Positions 45,591-55,112 of a DNA stretch of 64,000 nucleotides are shown one piece after another. The first letter of the stretch is position 1, and each line of letters starts with the position of its first letter. Below the pieces are notes generated by a model. That model was given only the letters and a program-made list of their open reading frames with translations, had not been told where the DNA came from and ran no database searches. Source of the stretch: a virus (lineage: Duplodnaviria > Caudoviricetes); IMG/VR virus record IMGVR_UViG_3300046518_000260, positions 1 through 64,000 of that record; one strand, written 5' to 3'. The position numbers and the translations under genes were made by a program.

Positions 45591-48565
45591 AAGTCATGAC
45601 CGGATATTCCTACGGCCACTCTGCAGGCCACATCGAAGAAGTCATGGACCGCATTGTTGCATGCGGATATCCGGCTGCGCCTATCTCTGACTTTTGTTCA
45701 ACTTTTGGGTTCGTCCAGTGGCGGAAGCTCGCCAAGAAGAAGAACCTCAAACCTATATATGGGGTTACTATCAATGTCACCAATGGCCCGCAAGACAAGC
45801 GCCCGGCGACGTGTGAATTTACGTTCTACGCCAAAGACAACATCCTCGCAATCCACGACCTTATTGAGCTTGCCACAAATCAATTTCGCTATACGCCCCT
45901 TCTCACCTATGAGCAAGTTGCACGGGCGAAGGGTGTTATCAAAATCATTGGTCATCGAGCAAGACTTGAGCTCGTGGAGCCCGATGAAGATACATATGTC
46001 GGTGTCACACCTGCGGTCTATCCCGGCTATTTTAAGCAAGCCGAAGAGCTCGGGTTCCAGTTCATTGCGTCCAGCGAAAACCGCTATACTGGCAAAAATG
46101 ACCGCATCCTATACGAAACTCTTATGGGTCGCAATAAACAGACGCAGAGCTATCCACAATATATACTCGATCCGGAAGAATGGCGGGTGGCCGTTGCAAA
46201 ATGTCAAGCTTCGGACGCACGGCTTGATGAAGCACGAGAGAATTTTCTACGAGCGATGGAGAAGTGCAATGCTCTCCTGCCACAAGGTACACTCCTTACA
46301 CCTGTCAAGGATAAGACACTCCGACAACTGTGTGTGGCGGGTGCCGAACGCCTACGGTGCAACCTCGACGATCCGGTTTATTCGGCGCGCCTTGACCGTG
46401 AGCTGACCCTTATTGACGACAAGGGTTTTGAGGACTACTTCTACATCGTGTCTGAAATGATTGCATGGTCCAAGGAGCGCATGCTGGTAGGGCCGGGCCG
46501 TGGTTCCAGCTCAGGCAGTCTGGTATGCTACCTCCTTGGGATCACGATGATTGACCCAATACCATACGGATTGCTGTTCGAGCGTTTCATCGACATCAAC
46601 CGCATGGACTTGCCTGACATCGACATCGACTTTAGCGAACAACGCCGTTCCTTGGTGTTCGAACACATGGCAGATCTGTACGGCAAGGACCGTACCGCGC
46701 GCCTTGGCACCGTGTCGTTGTACAAGCCGAAATCGGTTATTGAAGCGGCGGCGCAGAACCTTGGCGTGCCGTTCTGGCTGACCAATCCCGTGCGCGACAG
46801 TATGATTGAAACATCATCAGGTGACGCGCGTGCACTAAAGGCCATCGAAGACACGTTCGAGAAGACGCCTGCCGGGCAAAAGCTGATGCAGGCGCATCCT
46901 GAAATGGCAATCGCCATGCGGATGGAAGGCCACCCTAACAACAAATCACAGCATGCGGCAGGCGTCATCGTTACCGCGCGTCCGGTCAAGGAATATGTGG
47001 CCGTTGACAGCATCACGGGCGGCACCTACTGCAACAAGAAGGATGCCGAAGAGCTCAACCTTCTTAAGATCGATGCTTTGGGGCTGACCCAATTGTCCGT
47101 CTTTGAGGACGCGCTTGACCTGATAGGCAAAGGCAGCGCTTGGCTTGATGCTATACCGACGGAGGACCAGGATGCATTTCGCGTACTTAACGAGCAGAAG
47201 TTCTCAGGAGTATTTCAGTTTGAAGGTGCAGCGCTGCAACGAGTTTCGAAAGAGGTCAATATTACGTGCCTCGACGATATCATCTCACTTACAGCGCTCG
47301 CCCGCCCGGGACCTTTGTCGTCGGGAAGCACGGCGCACTGGATCAAACGCAAGGCAGGCAAGGAAGAAGTCCGCATCCCTCATCCCGTATTCGAGCCGTA
47401 CCTCCTTGATACGTTTGGGGTCGTTGTTTATCAAGAACAAATCATGTCTATCGTGCGCGAAGTCGGGGGACTTTCTTGGGAGGACACCTCAAATCTACGT
47501 AAAGCAATGTCAAAATCTCTTGGACGTGAATTTTTTGACGGCTTTGGAAATCCATTTAAGGAGGAGTGCGTCAAGAAGGGAGTTCCGTTTGATATCGCCT
47601 TCGACGTCTGGGATAGTCTCTGCGCATTTGGGGCTTGGTGTTTCAACAAATCTCATGCGGTGGCGTATGGCCTTATCAGCTATCAATGCGCTTATCTCAA
47701 AGCACACTATCCGCTTGAATTTGCAGCTGCCACACTGACACATAAGGGCTCTGACGCCGATGGAATTGCCAAGCAGCTAAAGCAACTCCGAGAAATGCGC
47801 GATGAAGGTGTCAGCTATATTGCCGCACACGAAGAGCTCTCCACCGACAAGTGGCGCGTCGGCGTGGTTGACGGTGAGAAGTTGCTAATTGGACCCGTTC
47901 AAAACGTTAAGGGAATTGGCCCAAAGCTAGTTCAGGAGATCATGACGGCGCGCGCAATGAGCTTGCCTTTACCGGCGCGTGCAGCTAAGCTGTTAAGCTC
48001 ACCTAAGACGAAAGTTGACACCCTTGCCCCAATCGCTGACGCCTTTAGACGGGTTATGCCTGACCCGCGTGAGCGGAACATTCTCAACCCACCGACACCT
48101 CTCAATGAGATACAGGTCACGGGGCAAGAATACGACGTCTTGGTATTTGTCATTATGGCAAAGATCAACCCTAAAGACGAAAACGAAGACATCAACGTTG
48201 CAAAACGTGGTGGCAAGCGGCTCAGCGGGCCGCACCTTTCCTTGGGGCTGCATCTGGCTGATGATACTGACAATATCTATGCCAAGGTGGGACGTTACGA
48301 CTACGAGGATATAGCTAAACCTATCATTGATCGCGGGCGAGCAAGCAAGGCATTATACGCGATCAAGGGGACGGTGCCTAAAGACTTCAGAATGATTAAT
48401 ATCAAACTGGTTCGGTATATTGGCGATATCGATCCAAAGTTTGAAACGGCACAACAGGAGCAGACCGTTGAGAGCGGGACCGATACTGGAACGACTACTG
48501 GTAGTTACGGGAGCTATGTGCGGGGCGACATCCTTAGCTCTGGAAGTCAAGCGCCCAATCCCTAA
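45587..48565 (+). CDS. dnaE: DNA polymerase III alpha subunit (family C)
   Basis: GPGRGSSSGSLV, LLFERF, DLPDIDID, LKIDALG, FNKSHAVAY, C-terminal OB fold. Confidence 0.95.
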   Translation: MKVMTGYSYGHSAGHIEEVMDRIVACGYPAAPISDFCSTFGFVQWRKLAKKKNLKPIYGVTINVTNGPQDKRPATCEFTFYAKDNILAIHDLIELATNQFRYTPLLTYEQVARAKGVIKIIGHRARLELVEPDEDTYVGVTPAVYPGYFKQAEELGFQFIASSENRYTGKNDRILYETLMGRNKQTQSYPQYILDPEEWRVAVAKCQASDARLDEARENFLRAMEKCNALLPQGTLLTPVKDKTLRQLCVAGAERLRCNLDDPVYSARLDRELTLIDDKGFEDYFYIVSEMIAWSKERMLVGPGRGSSSGSLVCYLLGITMIDPIPYGLLFERFIDINRMDLPDIDIDFSEQRRSLVFEHMADLYGKDRTARLGTVSLYKPKSVIEAAAQNLGVPFWLTNPVRDSMIETSSGDARALKAIEDTFEKTPAGQKLMQAHPEMAIAMRMEGHPNNKSQHAAGVIVTARPVKEYVAVDSITGGTYCNKKDAEELNLLKIDALGLTQLSVFEDALDLIGKGSAWLDAIPTEDQDAFRVLNEQKFSGVFQFEGAALQRVSKEVNITCLDDIISLTALARPGPLSSGSTAHWIKRKAGKEEVRIPHPVFEPYLLDTFGVVVYQEQIMSIVREVGGLSWEDTSNLRKAMSKSLGREFFDGFGNPFKEECVKKGVPFDIAFDVWDSLCAFGAWCFNKSHAVAYGLISYQCAYLKAHYPLEFAAATLTHKGSDADGIAKQLKQLREMRDEGVSYIAAHEELSTDKWRVGVVDGEKLLIGPVQNVKGIGPKLVQEIMTARAMSLPLPARAAKLLSSPKTKVDTLAPIADAFRRVMPDPRERNILNPPTPLNEIQVTGQEYDVLVFVIMAKINPKDENEDINVAKRGGKRLSGPHLSLGLHLADDTDNIYAKVGRYDYEDIAKPIIDRGRASKALYAIKGTVPKDFRMINIKLVRYIGDIDPKFETAQQEQTVESGTDTGTTTGSYGSYVRGDILSSGSQAPNP

Positions 48566-48647
48566 AGACGTGCTGATTAAATGGAGCCGGGAGCTACGGG
48601 AAGCTGCCGCGCTGGTTGACCAATTGTTGGGCGGTAACAAATCATGA
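48468..48647 (+). CDS. 59-aa protein overlapping the dnaE 3' end
   Basis: AGGAG SD 7 nt before TTG 48468; ATGA overlap with primase. Confidence 0.5.
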   Translation: MRAGPILERLLVVTGAMCGATSLALEVKRPIPKDVLIKWSRELREAAALVDQLLGGNKS

Positions 48648-50857
48648 TATCCGATCTTTACGACATTCCATCCGTAGCACAATATCTACGGCGGATTAAG
48701 GCCGAAACGCGCGGTCTATATACCGCCGTTATCCGTGAAAAGCGCGGCAAATATTTCAAAGACCTGAACCGTATCGAGTTTGACCCGGCCGATGGCAAGG
48801 TGTCGACTGATGACAGCATCGCCCCAAGCGAGCTGGAGCAGCAGAATATCACGGCTGAATGGACTACGGTCACGTTCCCAGAATATGTGACGCCTGCCCG
48901 CGCGATCAACCTGCCACAAGCGCTGATGGAAGCCGACGCCAACGCCGTCTTTGAATTCAAGGACCGTTGGGGCAAAATCCTGATGCTGCAACAGCGTCTC
49001 GACCCAAAAGATGACATGGAAGAGAAGCGTTATATACCGTGGACTTATTGGTCAGATGACCAGTGGCGCAAGATTGAACCACCGACGCTCCTGCCGCTGT
49101 ATGGCTTGGACAAGATCGGTGACTATACGACAGTGTTCATCCATGAAGGTGCCAAGGCAGCACGGGCCATGCACCGTCTGTTAGAGGACAACAAGGCATA
49201 TCACCCGTGGCTGGAAGAGCTCCGGGCCGGGGCGCATGTAGGCTGGTCAGGTGGCGCACTCAACCCGCGCCGTACAGACTGGTTCCCGCTGGAAGACATG
49301 GGCATAAAGCGTGCCTTCATTGTTTCAGACAATGACAAGCCCGGTCGCGAAGCCGTAGCGCCTATTTCGCAGAAGCTGCGCATGCAGACCTTCCATGTGC
49401 AGTTCACGGACGAATGGCCGTCGGCCTTTGACCTTGCTGACGAGTTCCCCAAGAAGATGTTTGCCAAGCTGGAAGGTAAGGAAATCTATCGCGGGCCAAT
49501 GTTCGAAAGCTGCGTCCATCCTGCCACATGGATGACAGACGAAGTCAAGCAGCCCAAGGGGCGACCGGCATATTTTCTGCGCCCGCATGTTACGGAAGAA
49601 TGGTTCTATGTCGACCGTGCGGACATGTTTGTCAATTTGGAGCGCCCGCACATCGCTGGTAACGAAAAGATCATCAATACCATGCTGGCAAGTTTCAGTG
49701 ATACCTCCGATACCTGCCGGTTGATCTCCAAGAAATATTCAGGCCGAATGTCCCGGCTCTGCTACCGCCCTGACGTTGTCGGCCGCAAAGTTACCGAAGG
49801 CAATACGTCTGCGATCAACATGCACATCCCTCCGGCTATCCGTTCCATGCCCGGCAACCCGGAACCTTTTCTGGAGTTCATGCGTTATCTGGTAGTGAAG
49901 CCGGAAGAATGCAAGGAGGCCCTGCGCTGGTGTGCTACCCTGATAGCCAAGCCGGAAGTGCGGATGTTGTACGGTCTGCTCCTGATCTCTGAAATGCAGG
50001 GCGTCGGCAAATCTACTTTGTCAAGCCGCATCCTTGCGCCGTTGGTCGGCATGAGCAATGTCGGCTTCCCTACTGAAAACGACATTGTGGAGAGCCAGTT
50101 CAATTCGTGGATGGCAAACAAGCGTCTCGTCGTTGTCAGTGAAATCTATTCAGGTCACTCCTGGAAAGCCTACAACAAACTGAAGACCTACATCACCGAC
50201 ACGGAGATCATGGTCAACGAGAAACAACAGAAGCGCTACCAGACAGAAAATTGGGCGCACTTCATTGCCAGCTCGAATTCGGTTAAGGCCATGAAGATTG
50301 AAGACGAGGACCGCCGTTGGTTGTGTCCAGAATGTACTGAAATAAAATGGCCTGCCAAGAAGTTCAAAGAGTTTAACGAATGGATTAATGCCGGTGGCCT
50401 TGCCATCATCAAGCATTGGGCCGAAAACTTTGGGGACTATGTGGCGGTCGGCGAAGCAGCCCCAATGACGACCAAGAAAAAAGAAATGATTGCTGCTTCC
50501 AGAACTCCGGAAGAAGTGCGGGCTGCCGAGCTTGCCGAGCGTATCATATTCGAAGAAGTGCACGTCGCCCTCTCGACCCGTGACATTGAAGTCTGGTCAA
50601 GGTACGATAGCAAGGGCAAATCTTTCAGCACTGCACATGATCTGCGCAAGGCCATGCTGAACGAAGGTATGGTCGCCCACAGCAAGCGCATCCGCATCGG
50701 CGGCGTGCTGCAATACGTTCTGCTCAGCCCGGCACTGTTTGCCGCGCATCAGGCCGTGTTTGAAGAGCCTGAGTTGGAAGAGAAGACCATTGCTGAGCTT
50801 ATCCGCAAGCACATCAAGTATCCGCAAGATATCGCACCCATGTCTTCCGCTGCATAA
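48644..50857 (+). CDS. TOPRIM primase fused to SF3/D5-like helicase
   Basis: IHEGAKAA, SDNDKPG (TOPRIM); QGVGKSTL, VVSEI, SSN (SF3). Confidence 0.85.
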   Translation: MISDLYDIPSVAQYLRRIKAETRGLYTAVIREKRGKYFKDLNRIEFDPADGKVSTDDSIAPSELEQQNITAEWTTVTFPEYVTPARAINLPQALMEADANAVFEFKDRWGKILMLQQRLDPKDDMEEKRYIPWTYWSDDQWRKIEPPTLLPLYGLDKIGDYTTVFIHEGAKAARAMHRLLEDNKAYHPWLEELRAGAHVGWSGGALNPRRTDWFPLEDMGIKRAFIVSDNDKPGREAVAPISQKLRMQTFHVQFTDEWPSAFDLADEFPKKMFAKLEGKEIYRGPMFESCVHPATWMTDEVKQPKGRPAYFLRPHVTEEWFYVDRADMFVNLERPHIAGNEKIINTMLASFSDTSDTCRLISKKYSGRMSRLCYRPDVVGRKVTEGNTSAINMHIPPAIRSMPGNPEPFLEFMRYLVVKPEECKEALRWCATLIAKPEVRMLYGLLLISEMQGVGKSTLSSRILAPLVGMSNVGFPTENDIVESQFNSWMANKRLVVVSEIYSGHSWKAYNKLKTYITDTEIMVNEKQQKRYQTENWAHFIASSNSVKAMKIEDEDRRWLCPECTEIKWPAKKFKEFNEWINAGGLAIIKHWAENFGDYVAVGEAAPMTTKKKEMIAASRTPEEVRAAELAERIIFEEVHVALSTRDIEVWSRYDSKGKSFSTAHDLRKAMLNEGMVAHSKRIRIGGVLQYVLLSPALFAAHQAVFEEPELEEKTIAELIRKHIKYPQDIAPMSSAA

Positions 50858-50915
50858 CTGCCTTGCCTTTTAAAAGGCGGCATGGCACAACGGGTCAGTT
50901 AAGTAGGATTGAGTA

Positions 50916-52613
50916 ATGATTTTAACGGCAAACAATGAAACCTGCGTTGCTCGTGTTGATAAAGGGCAGGCATTCGGGAAGCGGCTCATGGGCTTTCTCG
51001 AAAAGGTTGCCGGGCGCAAGAATTTCACCAAGGACGGAAGCGGCTATTGGTTCGAAACTTCGCAGCGTAATATCGAATATTGGCTGGAAGCATTCCCTGA
51101 GTGCACGCTCGTCGACGCTCGGCAGAAGTCCAAGGTCAACATTATTGACCAATCGCTGTTCGGCAATGTGCGCAAGCCGCGCCCGCCGTTCCAGATTGTC
51201 AAGCAGCCGTATGCTCACCAAACGCGCGGTTTCGAAAAGACCAAGGACTTGACGCTGAGCGCCCTGTTCATGGGCACAGGGACCGGCAAGACCAAAGTCT
51301 CGATCGATAAAGCGGTTTATCTTTGGTCCCAACATTTGATCGACGCCCTGCTCATTCTGACCAAGAAGGGCGTGCATGAACAGTGGGTCGACGAACAGCT
51401 ACCGGAGCACATCCATGAAAGCATACCGTATGTCGCGCACGCTTGGGAAGGCTTCACGACTGTTCGCGAAAAACAGGCGTTTGATAAGGTGCTTAATGCG
51501 TCTGAGAAACTCCGGGTTTTCTCTATTAATCTCGATGCGATTTCATCCAAGAACGGCTTCAACGCTGTTATGCGGTTTATTAAACGAGCGGGTGGGCGTG
51601 TCTACGCTATCGTTGACGAAAGCCAGGACGCTAAGGACCCTGAGAGCAATCGAGGCCAGACACTCCAGGAGATAAGGGATGAATGTCTCTATCGGTCGGT
51701 TCTGTCGGGCACCCCGATCGGGAAGAACCTCGAAGACGTTTGGGGTCAGTTCCATTTTCTTGACACCGACATTATCGGCCACGAATACAAGACGCCGTTC
51801 CGTGCTGAATATTGCAAGATGGGCGGCTTCCAAGGCAAGGCGGTTGTCGGCCATAAGGACTTGGAAAAGTTCTATGGCCGCATCGATAGCGTGACGTTCC
51901 GGGCTACCAAAGAAGACGAGCTTGACCTGCCGGAAAAGCTGTACGAACGCAAGGCGTTCAAGCTGACGACCAAGCAGCAAGCCGTATATGACAAGCTAAA
52001 GAAAGAGTTTATCGTCCGGCTTGAGAACGATGCTACCGTGACCGTTGACCATGCGGCCACCATGGTCATGCGCCTGCAACAGATCGCATGCGGCTTCGTG
52101 GTGGATGAGGACGGCACGACCCAGAAGTTGGACAACCCAAGGATTGACTTGCTGGAAAGCCTTGATGACGACATCGGCCGGAAGGAAAAGAAGATCGTTT
52201 GGTGCCGGTTCAAGGAAGACTACGTCAATCTGAAGACGCTGTTTGGTTCCCGGGCCGTGGACTACGTAGGCCATACCTCTGACGAAGATCGCAAGCTCAA
52301 CAAAGGATTGTTCCTTGACAAAAACTCTGGAAAAGACATCCTTATTTCTAACCCATCTTCGGGCGGAACGGGGCTCAATCTTCAGGGCGAGTGTGCCTAT
52401 GCGATTTATTATTCCAATTCCTACAACGCTATTCACCGCTGGCAGTCGGAAGACCGTATCCACAGGATCGGCACCTACAAGACCTGCCACTTCATCGACC
52501 TGATTGCCAGCCGTACAGTTGACAATCGGATACAACAGAACCTAAGACAGAAAAAGGACTTCTCGCAGCTCGTACTGGACGATATTCGCAAGATGATTTT
52601 TGAGGCAGCATGA
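50916..52613 (+). CDS. SNF2-like SF2 helicase
   Basis: GTGTGKT, VDESQ, LSGTP, GTGLNLQ, QSEDRIHRIG. Confidence 0.9.
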   Translation: MILTANNETCVARVDKGQAFGKRLMGFLEKVAGRKNFTKDGSGYWFETSQRNIEYWLEAFPECTLVDARQKSKVNIIDQSLFGNVRKPRPPFQIVKQPYAHQTRGFEKTKDLTLSALFMGTGTGKTKVSIDKAVYLWSQHLIDALLILTKKGVHEQWVDEQLPEHIHESIPYVAHAWEGFTTVREKQAFDKVLNASEKLRVFSINLDAISSKNGFNAVMRFIKRAGGRVYAIVDESQDAKDPESNRGQTLQEIRDECLYRSVLSGTPIGKNLEDVWGQFHFLDTDIIGHEYKTPFRAEYCKMGGFQGKAVVGHKDLEKFYGRIDSVTFRATKEDELDLPEKLYERKAFKLTTKQQAVYDKLKKEFIVRLENDATVTVDHAATMVMRLQQIACGFVVDEDGTTQKLDNPRIDLLESLDDDIGRKEKKIVWCRFKEDYVNLKTLFGSRAVDYVGHTSDEDRKLNKGLFLDKNSGKDILISNPSSGGTGLNLQGECAYAIYYSNSYNAIHRWQSEDRIHRIGTYKTCHFIDLIASRTVDNRIQQNLRQKKDFSQLVLDDIRKMIFEAA

Positions 52614-52936
52614 TGCGCTATTCCGACAAACAACTTATCCTCCTACGAGCCTTCTCTGAGTTCCTCAAGAAAGGAATTAACCATGTTCCGCTTGATGATC
52701 TTATCTGTGTTGTCAAAGACGAGATTGACCCGCATAATGCCCACGTCAACTTCCGCTCGGGTATCAACGCCTGTATCCGAGATCTTCAACGCAAAGTCCC
52801 AAAGGAGGGTTTGCTCCTTAACGGCAACGACAAAGTCGGCCGTGGCAATAAGTCTGAGTTTCTCGTGAGTGGTCCTTACGAGGAAGTGTACAAGAGGGAA
52901 AACGCGCGGCGCTTGCAGAGCGAAGTTGCCGCATAA
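52610..52936 (+). CDS. hypothetical, possible wHTH
   Basis: 108 aa; helix-helix-wing pattern ending GRGNKSEF. Confidence 0.6.
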   Translation: MMRYSDKQLILLRAFSEFLKKGINHVPLDDLICVVKDEIDPHNAHVNFRSGINACIRDLQRKVPKEGLLLNGNDKVGRGNKSEFLVSGPYEEVYKRENARRLQSEVAA

Positions 52937-52951
52937 CCGAGCAGGGAGCAC

Positions 52952-53113
52952 ATGCAGTTCAGAGTTAAAGTTGAGAGCCGGACGACCGGTTCTCTTTACA
53001 CCCTTGATGTTGTCGCTAAAAATCCAGAGGCGGCAGCACAGATCGTTCGTAGCGAACACAAGGACGCTACGATCATCACTATCAAGAAAACCAAGACGCC
53101 GCAAACGGCATAA
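52952..53113 (+). CDS. 53-aa protein
   Basis: AGGGAG SD; MQFRVKVESRTTG...; not in ORF track. Confidence 0.65.
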   Translation: MQFRVKVESRTTGSLYTLDVVAKNPEAAAQIVRSEHKDATIITIKKTKTPQTA

Positions 53114-53127
53114 CAGGAGAGACTATA

Positions 53128-53529
53128 ATGACTACACTATCAGCACCGACATTCGGCGACGTAGAAAAGACCAGCTCATTGCGCGAAGTGCTCGACGCTG
53201 CTTCCGCCCGCCCGACCAGCATTATTGCTGCGCAACCGGTCAAGTCGGTCGCCGACTACCGCCCGCCTGCGAAGGTGATCACGCCTGCAGAAATCGTCGA
53301 CGCCAGCTACAAGAAAATTGCCGATGAAATCTCGGCTACCAATAGCGCCATCAAGTCCAAGCAGGCCCGCATCGACGAACTGATGGAGGGTATCAGCCGC
53401 ATGGGTCGCGATATCCTTGAGCTTGGGGTCGAGCTCGGCGAACTGCAACGGCACAAGAATACGCTCGGCATTTCGCTTTCGGTGGCGGAATGGAACATTG
53501 CACCACGCGGCTTGCCAACGGCCAATTAG
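53128..53529 (+). CDS. coiled-coil hypothetical protein
   Basis: AGGAG SD, 133 aa. Confidence 0.7.
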   Translation: MTTLSAPTFGDVEKTSSLREVLDAASARPTSIIAAQPVKSVADYRPPAKVITPAEIVDASYKKIADEISATNSAIKSKQARIDELMEGISRMGRDILELGVELGELQRHKNTLGISLSVAEWNIAPRGLPTAN

Positions 53530-53574
53530 GGCTGGCGGCTAGGGTAGTACCCGGCAGCACCAGAAAACGCACAG

Positions 53575-53610
53575 AGGCCGCTAGATTTGGCAACCTAGCG
53601 GCCTTTATTT
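53575..53610. terminator. terminator between convergent replication and late operons
   Basis: AGGCCGCTAG/CTAGCGGCCT stem then TTATTT. Confidence 0.75.
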
Positions 53611-53857
53611 ATTGGGTAGCACCTGCGAGCTTGTAACCGTGGGCGGAAAGCTCTCCTGGGGTGTAAACCTTGGCACGGCCAAGGCGGACGATAGTTCGGT
53701 TAATGTTATCCTGATCAGCAGCGGTTTTGCCTTGTGTGCCAATGAGATCAGTTCCCACCACTCGGCGCATTGCCACCACATCGATTGTGCTGCCAGTCCC
53801 ACATCCGCTTGCGAGCGAGACAAGCATCATAATCGATAGCACCTTCCTCGGCAGCAT
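53609..53857 (-). CDS. o-spanin (lipoprotein), overlapping i-spanin
   Basis: MLPRKVLSIMMLVSLASG-C lipobox; alternative start 53830. Confidence 0.7.
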   Translation of the reverse strand: MLPRKVLSIMMLVSLASGCGTGSTIDVVAMRRVVGTDLIGTQGKTAADQDNINRTIVRLGRAKVYTPGELSAHGYKLAGATQ

Positions 53858-54002
53858 TGCCGAGTTTGTTGTTATTCTTCCGCACGTCTTCAAGTGCCGT
53901 CTCCTTGCCGTAATTGTAGATCTTGTATCCAGTGACGCCGAAGGCGGTGATCGCTAAGACCGCCGCCCCAAGGATTAAAGCCATTCTGATATTTAGGTTC
54001 AT
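53748..54002 (-). CDS. i-spanin
   Basis: N-terminal TM ALILGAAVLAITAFGV then coiled coil; directly after endolysin. Confidence 0.75.
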   Translation of the reverse strand: MNLNIRMALILGAAVLAITAFGVTGYKIYNYGKETALEDVRKNNNKLGNAAEEGAIDYDACLARKRMWDWQHNRCGGNAPSGGN

Positions 54003-55105
54003 GCGGCCCTCGTTTCCACGCCAAGATTTGTATGGCGTTTCTTATACAGACCGTAGCCCGCATATGCCAGACCAGCAACGATCACAACAGCGGAGGCAAC
54101 TCCGAGGTACGTGGTCAAGTGATCAACAATCGCGGTGCCCGTATAAGGGGCTAGCTGGTCCTTGGCCGCACTAAGCTGTTGCTTGGCAGTCTCCAAGCCA
54201 GCAGTACCGCCGATCCCGGCGAACAAACCTTGCTTGACTTCCTGAGTGTCCAGCGGCTTTTGCTGACCGACCTTTTCCTGCGGTGAAGTCTTGTAGCGCT
54301 GCAATGCCTCAACCGTCTGCGGTCCGGCGACGCCATCGATGTCAAGGCCATTGTTCTTTTGGAACACCTTGACCGCGCGCTCGGTCGAAGCGCCGTAGTC
54401 ACCATCGACCGTGACCGAAAAGCCAGCCCGCACCAGCAAGCCTTGCAGTTCGCGGACCTTGGCTCCGGACGAACCAGAACGCAGCATACCGGCAGAAGTC
54501 GGAGCAGGTGCCGGAGCGCCTTCCAAGTCCTCGTATGCCTGCTTCATCTTGGTATCGTATTTGTTCTTGGCATAACCAGCGCCGTTCCAAATACGGGCAA
54601 CCGCTGACCAATCAAGGCGGCGCAGATGGGGAATGACGCCTGACTTATCCATGAAGGCGAACATGATTGCCAGCTGACCACTAAGGCCAGACTGCATGGT
54701 CTTTTCGAAATCTTCAGCAGATGCGAAGCCCAACCATTTCCAGTGGGCACCCATGATTTGACCGACGCCCCAAGAGCATGAACTGATGGCGGCTGTAACG
54801 TCGATCAGCTTGCCGCGTTCAAGGATGTTGTAGCGGGCCGTCTGGCTTGCCGGGTTCGGGATGCCGCCAACCTTTGGGCTGGCAAGTCCGGCCTTGCGCG
54901 CAGATGCTTGGAACTTGGACGGAACCAACTTATCGAAATAGTGACCTTCCCAACGGATGATCGCCTTCAGTATATTGCCGACCAGAGTGCCGGTATCCGC
55001 GTTGGTTTCGACCCGCATGAAAGCAAGGCAGGCGTTCAAGGCGACGCCCTTCTGCGATGCATACTGACCTACGAGTTTAATGTCTTGTGCCGTTAACGCT
55101 GTCAT
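53999..55105 (-). CDS. endolysin: N-acetylmuramidase (DUF3380-like) + PG-binding domain + C-terminal TM
   Basis: IRWEGHYF, SWGVGQIMG, WNGAGY; LRSGSSGAKVRELQ...DGVAGPQT; GAGG SD before MTALT. Confidence 0.9.
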   Translation of the reverse strand: MTALTAQDIKLVGQYASQKGVALNACLAFMRVETNADTGTLVGNILKAIIRWEGHYFDKLVPSKFQASARKAGLASPKVGGIPNPASQTARYNILERGKLIDVTAAISSCSWGVGQIMGAHWKWLGFASAEDFEKTMQSGLSGQLAIMFAFMDKSGVIPHLRRLDWSAVARIWNGAGYAKNKYDTKMKQAYEDLEGAPAPAPTSAGMLRSGSSGAKVRELQGLLVRAGFSVTVDGDYGASTERAVKVFQKNNGLDIDGVAGPQTVEALQRYKTSPQEKVGQQKPLDTQEVKQGLFAGIGGTAGLETAKQQLSAAKDQLAPYTGTAIVDHLTTYLGVASAVVIVAGLAYAGYGLYKKRHTNLGVETRAA

Positions 55106-55112
55106 AATATCC

